DNA from: an uncultured Gammaproteobacteria bacterium
Lineage (GTDB): Bacteria; Patescibacteriota; Patescibacteriia; UBA2591; UBA6264
Assembly (NCBI GenBank): GCA_964617525.1
Contig: CAZTWG010000035.1
Location: forward strand, 1-6,751
Reading direction: 5' to 3'
DNA: 6,751 bases
Shown: piece by piece, positions 1-5,557 of the stretch
How positions within the stretch are numbered: the first letter of the stretch is position 1
Layout of the letters: each line of letters begins with the position of its first letter
Made by a program: the position numbers and the translations under genes
Notes under the pieces: model-generated
What the model was told of the DNA's origin: nothing
What the model saw: only the letters and a program-made list of their open reading frames with translations
Database searches by the model: none

Positions 1-1706
1 TTTTCTTTTTCTTCCTTCTTTAATTTTCCGTGGATAAAATCAATTTTTAGGTTAGGGAAAATATCTTTAGATAATTTTTGATATTCTTCTTTAACAGATT
101 TTGTTTCTAATTTGTTGATTTTGTTATAGTCGTAGATTAGTGAAGTAGAAGGGTTAATTAGCGGACAGATGATAAAAGCTTGCCTTCCATTTTTAATTTC
201 TTTTCGAACAAATTGATAAGTATTTATTTTTTGTTCGGATTCAACAATTTCAGTTATGATTTTTTTTCGTCCAGGAGGCATTTTTTCAATGATAGATAAA
301 TCAAGGTCACCATATAAAGTTAAAGCAATAGAACGAGGGATAGGAGTAGCAGTTAAAGATAAAAAATGAGCAGAGAGTTTGTTCTCATTTTGTAGTTTAG
401 ATAGATTATAGCGCTGTTTAACTCCAAAGCGGTGTTGTTCATCGACAATCGTTAGTCCGAGGTTTTTGAATTTTATTTTTGAAGCTGAAATTTTTCTTTT
501 TGGTTCTATAAGACTGTGTGTGCCAATAATAATATTTATTTCTCCGCTAGATATTTTTTTAAACAGATTTTGTTTTGTTGTTTTTTCGTTTTTTCTTAAT
601 TTAGGGCTATAGACTAGACTGCTCGTTCTAGTGAGAAGCCCAATTTTAATCTGAAATTTTTGCAATAAGGTGGAAATATTTTGAAACTGCTGTTTAGCTA
701 AAATCTCAGTAGGAACCATGTAGGCGACTTGATAGTTATTTAGAACAACGTTTAAACAAGATATAATAGCTACTATTGTTTTCCCGCTACCCACATCTCC
801 CTCTAACAAACGATTCATTTTATTGCCACTCTCCAAATCATTAATAATCTCCCAAGAGGCTCTTCTTTGTCCGTCTGTTAATTTAAAAGATAAATTTTTA
901 ACAAATCTTTTTGTTTCTTTTAGCTTAAATTTGATTGAGGGAGCTTTTTCTTTTTTTCTACTCTCTCGAATAATTCGATTTCTTAATTGGAGTAAAAATA
1001 ATTCATTAAATTTTAAGCGTTGTTTAGCTTGTTCTAGCATTCTTTGATTTTCAGGGAAATGTATTTGCTCAAGGGCAAAGGGTAGGTTGATTAGCTTATG
1101 TTGATTTTTGATAGATACTGGGAGCCAATCTTTCATATTATTGCTGATTTTTAAGGCTTGGTTTATCAAAAAACGGATTTGTTTTTGGGTTAAACGAGTA
1201 GTGGTTGGATAGATTGGTATTAACCCTCCAGTATGTATTGGTTTTTGGCTGGTACAAATTTCGTAAGATGGATTTATCAATTGTAATCCGTGATTAGCAT
1301 TGTCAATTTTCCCAGCTAAGTATATTTTTTGTCCAGGTTTTATGGTTTTAGTCAGGAATCCTCGGTTAAACCAAACGACCTGCAAAGACCCTGTTTTGTC
1401 AGAGACAATTGCCTCAGTTACTATCATTTTTTTTCGTAAAGAACGACGATTAGCAATTAAATTAACTTTCACTTTAATAGTGCCTGTTTTCTGAGTTTTA
1501 AATTCTTCAATAGTTAATGTCTGGCTATAATCTTCATAGCGAAAAGGATAATGTGTTAATAGATCTTTAACAGTTATGATGCCTATTTTTTTTAATTGAT
1601 TTGCGGTTATTTTGCCAACCCTATTTAATTTTGAAACAGGCATTTCAAGATTGTTTGTAGTGCAAGAATCTAGTTTTACTAGAACCTTGCTGTTCACTTC
1701 GTTCAT
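1..1706 (-). CDS. recG: ATP-dependent DNA helicase RecG, N-terminal ~568 codons (3' end lies beyond window start)
   Basis: Absent from the ORF track because it is open at the window edge. Hand translation of the reverse strand from ATG 1706-1704 stays open to position 3: MNEVNSKVLVKLDSCTTNNLEMPVSKLNRVGKITANQLKKIGIITVKDLLTHYPFRYEDY... It contains LLEGDVGSGKT (Walker A, 777-800), MVPTEILA (motif Ia), DEQHRFG (423-443), LTATPIPRS and PPGR, the RecG-type SF2 helicase signature. Alternative start is ATG 1643-1641 (MPVSKL...). Confidence 0.9.
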   Translation of the reverse strand, partial: MNEVNSKVLVKLDSCTTNNLEMPVSKLNRVGKITANQLKKIGIITVKDLLTHYPFRYEDYSQTLTIEEFKTQKTGTIKVKVNLIANRRSLRKKMIVTEAIVSDKTGSLQVVWFNRGFLTKTIKPGQKIYLAGKIDNANHGLQLINPSYEICTSQKPIHTGGLIPIYPTTTRLTQKQIRFLINQALKISNNMKDWLPVSIKNQHKLINLPFALEQIHFPENQRMLEQAKQRLKFNELFLLQLRNRIIRESRKKEKAPSIKFKLKETKRFVKNLSFKLTDGQRRASWEIINDLESGNKMNRLLEGDVGSGKTIVAIISCLNVVLNNYQVAYMVPTEILAKQQFQNISTLLQKFQIKIGLLTRTSSLVYSPKLRKNEKTTKQNLFKKISSGEINIIIGTHSLIEPKRKISASKIKFKNLGLTIVDEQHRFGVKQRYNLSKLQNENKLSAHFLSLTATPIPRSIALTLYGDLDLSIIEKMPPGRKKIITEIVESEQKINTYQFVRKEIKNGRQAFIICPLINPSTSLIYDYNKINKLETKSVKEEYQKLSKDIFPNLKIDFIHGKLKKEEKE

Positions 1707-1712
1707 AGTATG

Positions 1713-1740
1713 ATTCTATCATAATTTGACTTTTTGGCAA
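1713..1740 (-). promoter_or_regulatory. Putative sigma70-type promoter for recG with extended -10
   Basis: Minus-strand read: TTGCCA (1740-1735), 16-nt spacer, TGaTAGAAT (extended -10; hexamer 1718-1713), then CATACT and the ATG at 1706. This predicts a leaderless or near-leaderless transcript if ATG 1706 is the true start. Sequence match only. Confidence 0.4.
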
Positions 1741-1754
1741 TTTGAGGGTATACT
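1726..1754 (+). promoter_or_regulatory. Putative sigma70-type promoter for the tRNA-Ser pair
   Basis: TTGACT (1726-1731), 17-nt spacer, TATACT (1749-1754), 22 nt upstream of the tRNA 5' end at 1777. Each hexamer matches consensus at 5/6 with optimal spacing. It interdigitates with the divergent recG promoter. Confidence 0.55.
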
Positions 1755-1776
1755 AGGGATATTAAATTTTAAGAAT

Positions 1777-1866
1777 GGAGAGATGCCAGAGCGGCCGAAT
1801 GGGGCACCCTGCTAAGGTGTTAGGTCTTAACAGGCCTCGAGGGTTCGAATCCCTCTCTCTCCGCCA
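1777..1866 (+). tRNA. tRNA-Ser(GCU), class II with long variable arm, CCA encoded
   Basis: Hand fold: acceptor GGAGAGA/TCTCTCC, D stem CCA/TGG, anticodon stem GCACC/GGTGT, loop CT-GCT-AA, variable arm GGTC-TTAACA-GGCC, T arm GAGGG-TTCGAAT-CCCTC, discriminator G, CCA. Confidence 0.95.
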
Positions 1867-1878
1867 TGTGCTATATAA

Positions 1879-1968
1879 GGAGAGGTGCGAGAGCGGTTGA
1901 ATCGGGCAGTCTTGAAAACTGCTGTACCCGAGAAGGTACCATGGGTTCGAATCCCATCCTCTCCGCCA
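1879..1968 (+). tRNA. tRNA-Ser(UGA), class II with long variable arm, CCA encoded
   Basis: Acceptor GGAGAGG/CCTCTCC, D stem CGA/TCG, anticodon stem GCAGT/ACTGC, loop CT-TGA-AA, variable arm GTACC-CGAGAA-GGTAC, T arm ATGGG-TTCGAAT-CCCAT, discriminator G, CCA. It lies 12 nt after the previous tRNA. Confidence 0.95.
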
Positions 1969-2000
1969 CCCTTCATTTCTCGCTCGCGCTTGGAAGCTTC
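1969..2000 (+). repeat. tRNA 3'-trailer module, copy A (directly after CCA of tRNA-Ser(UGA))
   Basis: CCCTTCATTTCTCGCTCGCGCTTGGAAGCTTC aligns with the trailer of tRNA-Asp (copy B, 6276-6246 minus) at 25 of 32 columns by hand alignment. Both copies are anchored at the CCA. Confidence 0.6.
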
Positions 2001-2052
2001 AGACAGTAAAGCCATTTTTTATTATTTAATTACTTTATAGTGCGAAGTATAT

Positions 2053-2074
2053 CCTCTGTAGCTCTAGCGAAGGA
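2053..2074 (-). repeat. tRNA 3'-trailer module, shortened copy C (after the tRNA-like remnant)
   Basis: Minus read TCCTTCGCTAGAGCTACAGAGG. The first 9 nt equal the start of copy B. AGAGCTACAGA resembles GAAGCTTCAGA of copy A (8/11). The central TCTCGCT...CTTG segment is missing. Confidence 0.5.
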
Positions 2075-2129
2075 TGGCGGGATATAATTATAGCGTGGCC
2101 AATAGTCCCGCTTAGCAGGACGCCACATT
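2075..2129 (-). pseudogene. Decayed tRNA-Ser(GCU)-like element (3' two-thirds only) / tRNA-like structured element
   Basis: Minus read AATGTGGCGTCCTGCTAAGCGGGACTATTGGCCACGCTATAATTATATCCCGCCA. The first 19 nt match tRNA-Ser(GCU) 1798-1816 at 16/19, including CCTGCTAAG with the GCT anticodon. It ends in CCCGCCA followed by the trailer module. It has no 5' acceptor strand, D arm or TTCGA T-loop, so it is not a canonical tRNA. Confidence 0.45.
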
Positions 2130-2159
2130 AAGTGTTTTATTTTTATTTATTCTTTAAAT

Positions 2160-3344
2160 ATGAAAATTAAAGTTAAAAAACAACAAGTAGAAGAATTATT
2201 GACCAGAGGGGTTAACGAAGTGATTGGCCTTGATCATTTGCGAAAGCGTTTGTTGTCGGGAGAAAAGTTAAGAATAAAATTAGGCGTTGACCCTACTAGT
2301 CCAAATATTCATATTGGCAGAGCTGTTATTCTTTTAAAATTAAAAGACTTTCAAGACATGGGACACAAAATCGTGTTTATAATTGGTGATTTTACTGGAG
2401 AAATTGGAGATACTTCTGACAAAGATAGTGAACGGCCAATGCTTTCGGAAGAAGAAATTAAGAGAAATGTCAAAACATACATTAAACAGGTCGGTAGAAT
2501 ACTAGATCTTAAAAAAACAGAAATATATTTTAATTCTAAATGGCTAAAGAAAATAGGATATAGTGAAATTGGACATCAGGCAAATCAATTTTCTTTGGCA
2601 GAATTTATTAATAGAGATAATATAAGGAAAAGAATGAAGCTTGGCAAAAGGGTTTCATTGAGAGAGTTACTGTATCCTTTAATGCAGGGTTATGATAGCG
2701 TTGTTGTGAAAGCAGATTTGGAAATAGGTGGCACTGACCAGAGATTTAATTTTTTAGCTGGACGCACATTGCAATTATATTACAAACAACAGCCGCAGGA
2801 CATTCTAATGATGAATCTTATTTTGGGTCGAGATGGACGAAAGATGAGTTCAAGCTGGGGGAATACTATAAATATTTTTGATAAAGCGGATGATATGTTT
2901 GGCAAGGTAATGAGCATTCCAGACGAGCTCATAATAAGTTATTTTGAGCATTGTACTAGAGTCCCGATTAAAGAGATTGCGGGATATATAGAGCAGTTAA
3001 AGGCCAATGTAGTTAATCCTCGCGATATTAAAATGAAATTAGCTAAAGAAATTACTATTATTTATTGGGGGAAGGCTAATGCCAAAAGAGCTGAAGAAAA
3101 TTTTAGCTTAATTTTTCAAAAAAAAGAAACTCCGAATAAAATCTTAGAGCAAAAGTTAGCGAATAAAAATATATTAGATGTTCTCGTTAAGTCTGGTTTG
3201 GCCCAGAGTAAAGGTGAGGCGCGACGCTTAATAAAACAAAAGGGGGTTAAGGTCAACGAGAAGATTGTCACCTCAATTGATAGAATCATTAAAAATGGCG
3301 ATATAATTCAAAAGGGAAAGAGATATTTTTTGAAAATTATCTAA
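2160..3344 (+). CDS. tyrS: Tyrosyl-tRNA synthetase, type 2 (Thermus/TyrZ-like) with C-terminal S4 domain
   Basis: 394 aa. Family-typical blocks: KLGVDPTSPNIHIGRAV (HIGH region, here HIGR, 2310-2321), IIGDFTGEIGD, LLYPLMQGYDS, EIGGTDQRFN, KMSSS (KMSKS loop, 2841-2855), and C-terminal S4-like SKGEARRLIKQKGVKVN. The layout parallels Thermus-type TyrRS. Confidence 0.93.
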   Translation: MKIKVKKQQVEELLTRGVNEVIGLDHLRKRLLSGEKLRIKLGVDPTSPNIHIGRAVILLKLKDFQDMGHKIVFIIGDFTGEIGDTSDKDSERPMLSEEEIKRNVKTYIKQVGRILDLKKTEIYFNSKWLKKIGYSEIGHQANQFSLAEFINRDNIRKRMKLGKRVSLRELLYPLMQGYDSVVVKADLEIGGTDQRFNFLAGRTLQLYYKQQPQDILMMNLILGRDGRKMSSSWGNTINIFDKADDMFGKVMSIPDELIISYFEHCTRVPIKEIAGYIEQLKANVVNPRDIKMKLAKEITIIYWGKANAKRAEENFSLIFQKKETPNKILEQKLANKNILDVLVKSGLAQSKGEARRLIKQKGVKVNEKIVTSIDRIIKNGDIIQKGKRYFLKII

Positions 3345-3345
3345 T

Positions 3346-5544
3346 ATGCCAACAGAAAATAAAATAATTAAAATAATAGATATCGCTCTAGAGGCTTTTT
3401 GGCTTGCGATTATTTTTTTTATTCCTGTTTTTTTGTTTCGTCAATGTCATAATATTTTTGAAATCCCTAAAAATACTCTTTTCCAAATTTTAACTGAGAT
3501 ATTATTATTTTTTTGTATAGTTAGGTTTATTATTTCCCCTAAAAACAGAAATAAATGGGCAAAAATTAAGAGTTTTTGGCCTGCTTTTCTTTTTATTTTT
3601 GTTTTAGGAATCTCTACGATTTTTTCTCAGGTCAAATGGTTTAGTTTTTGGGGGTCTTGGGAAAGGAGGATGGGTTATTTAGCTTGGTTACATTTCTTTA
3701 TTTTTTCATTAGTTTTATTTTTAAATCTTAAAAATAAAAAACAAATTTATCGTATCTTGATTAGTATTATATTGTCATCAATTTTGGTTGTTTTTTATGG
3801 ATTAATACAATCACAAGGTCTAGATATTTTTAATTGGACCTACGACCCTTTTACTTCTGGTAGAATTTTCTCTACTATTGGTCAGCCTAATTTTTTAGGT
3901 TCGTGGTTATTGTTGGTTTTGCCCATCCCATTAATTTTTTTATATCGCCGCAATCTTAAAATCAGAGTATTATCCTTTTCTTTCTTTTTAATTTTATTAT
4001 ATGTTTTGTTTTTAACTAAATCTCGTGGAGCAATGGTTGGCTTAATTGCTTCCTTGGGGTTTTTGTTTTCCGCGTGGTTTTGGGGGAAAAACAAAAAAAT
4101 AGTAATTATCTCCATTTTTTGTTTTATTTTTATCCTTTTTCTTCTCTTTATCAATCAAACTAACATCCAAGAATCTAACGAATCGCAAATTTCTTTGCCA
4201 TTTTTTGAGCGGATTCAAAGTTTCACTAATCTACAAGAGGCAGGACAATATCGTTTGATGCATTGGCGAGCTAGTTTGGACTTAATTAAACAAAAACCAA
4301 TTTTGGGTTATGGAATAGCTACCCAACGTTTTAATTTTCCTAAATATTATCAACCAGAATTTGCTATTTATGAAAAACCAAATATTTACCTTGATTATGC
4401 GCATAATGATATTTTAGACGTCTTATTGTCAGCAGGAGTTTTGGGTTTAATTAGCTATTTATTATTAGTTGGGTATGTTTTTATTAATGGTTGGAACTAT
4501 TTTTCAAAAAAATCGAAAAAATCAGAGTCTCAAATAATAGTTTTAAGTTTAATGACTGGTTTATTCGGTTATTTGGTTTCAATTTTATTCTCTTTTCATG
4601 TTATGTCTACCCTTCTTTATTTTTGGCTTTTTCTGGTATTAATTATTGTTTTGTCTCGCGCCTCTTCTACTGTCCCAGGGAATGACGGACAAGATAACAG
4701 CGTAAGTTTGACTCCTCTCAGGAGTTTATTGATTATTCTTTTTTTGTTTTTAACAATTATTTCCATTTATTTTTTCAATTTTAGATTATTTCTGTCTAGT
4801 TCTTTTTTGTCAGAAGCTAACAAGGCTAAAGCAAATGGCAACTGGACTGAAAGTATTTCTCAACATAAAAAAGCTATATATTATAGTCAATCAGACCCTT
4901 ATTTTCGTCAGGAATTTGCTTTGACTTTATATCAAGCAGCACGTTTGTCTCGAGTTAGCCAGCGACAGAAATTAAAATGGATAAATATGGGTATCCATAA
5001 TATAAAAGTAATCCCAGAAAAAATAAGACCGATTGAATCTTTAATTTGGCTACCTTGGCTTATGACAATTAAAGCTGACTTAACCCAGAGAGATGCTGAT
5101 TTTAATGAAGCAGAGAAATTTTTTCAAAAAGTATCAGACTTTACTCCTCAAACAGCTTTAATTTATAACAAGTGGGCTGAATTAAAAATTGCACGAGAAG
5201 ACAACGAGGGCGCAATAGAAATGGCAAATAAAGCATTATCGCTTTATCCTAGTCTTTCTCATCCTCACTTAAACTCAGAGCATTTGCAAGATGTTACAGA
5301 GGAAATGGCTTTAGCTTATGCGAATTTAATTAAAGTCTATCAAAGGCAAGGAGAATTAGATAAAGCACTTGACTATTGTCGAAAATCCATTTATCTTATA
5401 GTTAAAGCTTTTCCATCGCCATATCCATCTATTCTTGGTTATTTCTGCGAACAAATGATATCCATTCTTCAAGAAAAAGGGGAAGAAGAAACAGCTCAAT
5501 TTTGGACTAATCATTTTGAGTCTTTAAACCTTGTTAATTTCTAG
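3346..5544 (+). CDS. Polytopic membrane protein with O-antigen ligase/polymerase-like (Wzy_C/WaaL-type) domain and C-terminal TPR repeats
   Basis: 732 aa. About 10-12 hydrophobic segments lie in residues 1-470. LTKSRGAMVGLIASLGF, RLMHWRASLDLI and YLDYAHNDILDVLLSAGVLGL (His codon 4402-4404) resemble the Wzy_C loop and HN motifs. The C-terminal ~240 aa carry TPR-like repeats (AIEMANKALSLYPS, ALAYANLIKVYQRQGELDKALDYCRKSI). The ATG is 1 nt after the tyrS stop. Confidence 0.75.
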   Translation: MPTENKIIKIIDIALEAFWLAIIFFIPVFLFRQCHNIFEIPKNTLFQILTEILLFFCIVRFIISPKNRNKWAKIKSFWPAFLFIFVLGISTIFSQVKWFSFWGSWERRMGYLAWLHFFIFSLVLFLNLKNKKQIYRILISIILSSILVVFYGLIQSQGLDIFNWTYDPFTSGRIFSTIGQPNFLGSWLLLVLPIPLIFLYRRNLKIRVLSFSFFLILLYVLFLTKSRGAMVGLIASLGFLFSAWFWGKNKKIVIISIFCFIFILFLLFINQTNIQESNESQISLPFFERIQSFTNLQEAGQYRLMHWRASLDLIKQKPILGYGIATQRFNFPKYYQPEFAIYEKPNIYLDYAHNDILDVLLSAGVLGLISYLLLVGYVFINGWNYFSKKSKKSESQIIVLSLMTGLFGYLVSILFSFHVMSTLLYFWLFLVLIIVLSRASSTVPGNDGQDNSVSLTPLRSLLIILFLFLTIISIYFFNFRLFLSSSFLSEANKAKANGNWTESISQHKKAIYYSQSDPYFRQEFALTLYQAARLSRVSQRQKLKWINMGIHNIKVIPEKIRPIESLIWLPWLMTIKADLTQRDADFNEAEKFFQKVSDFTPQTALIYNKWAELKIAREDNEGAIEMANKALSLYPSLSHPHLNSEHLQDVTEEMALAYANLIKVYQRQGELDKALDYCRKSIYLIVKAFPSPYPSILGYFCEQMISILQEKGEEETAQFWTNHFESLNLVNF

Positions 5545-5557
5545 TTAAAAATATTTT

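Noticed and set aside
823-1494. Plus-strand ORFs 823..1047 and 1300..1494
   Set aside because: Both are low-complexity peptides antisense to the continuous, motif-rich recG reading frame.
1827-2015. 62-aa minus-strand ORF (MALLSEASKREREMKGGGEDGIRTHG...)
   Set aside because: It lies entirely antisense to the two tRNA-Ser genes and their trailer. The GIRTHG-type peptide is the classic artefact of translating a tRNA T-arm in reverse.
1996-2025. Intrinsic terminator after the tRNA-Ser pair (GCUU...AAGC followed by CAUUUUUUAUUAUUU)
   Set aside because: The stem is only 4 bp with a 9-nt loop, too weak to call. The T-run may simply be AT-rich spacer.
2083-2088. Perfect TATAAT as the tyrS promoter -10
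   Set aside because: No acceptable -35 lies at 16-18 nt (AGCTCT / TAGCTC) and there is no TGn extension. In AT-rich sequence a lone TATAAT is weak evidence, so it is mentioned but not called as a feature.
2075-2129. tmRNA or other known CCA-ending RNA (element ends in CCCGCCA)
   Set aside because: It is far too short, has no tag reading frame, no pseudoknots, no T-arm (TTCGA) and no 5' acceptor partner. Similarity to tRNA-Ser(GCU) explains it better.
1969-2159. Canonical T-box riboswitch upstream of tyrS (tyrS is the classic T-box-regulated gene in Firmicutes)
   Set aside because: There is no AGGGUGGNACCGCG T-box consensus and no recognisable Stem I with K-turn, AG bulge or distal loop. The UGGC element precedes the codon-like element rather than following it. 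The exposed codon is AGC (Ser), not UAC/UAU (Tyr). AGGAUGGC is explained as the antisense of a tRNA 3' end.
3882-4685. ORFs 3882..4154 (-) and 4491..4685 (+)
   Set aside because: Both are embedded in the 732-aa membrane-protein gene, in the antisense or an alternative frame. Their composition (poly-K/I/F) reflects the AT-rich sequence, and neither has independent start signals.
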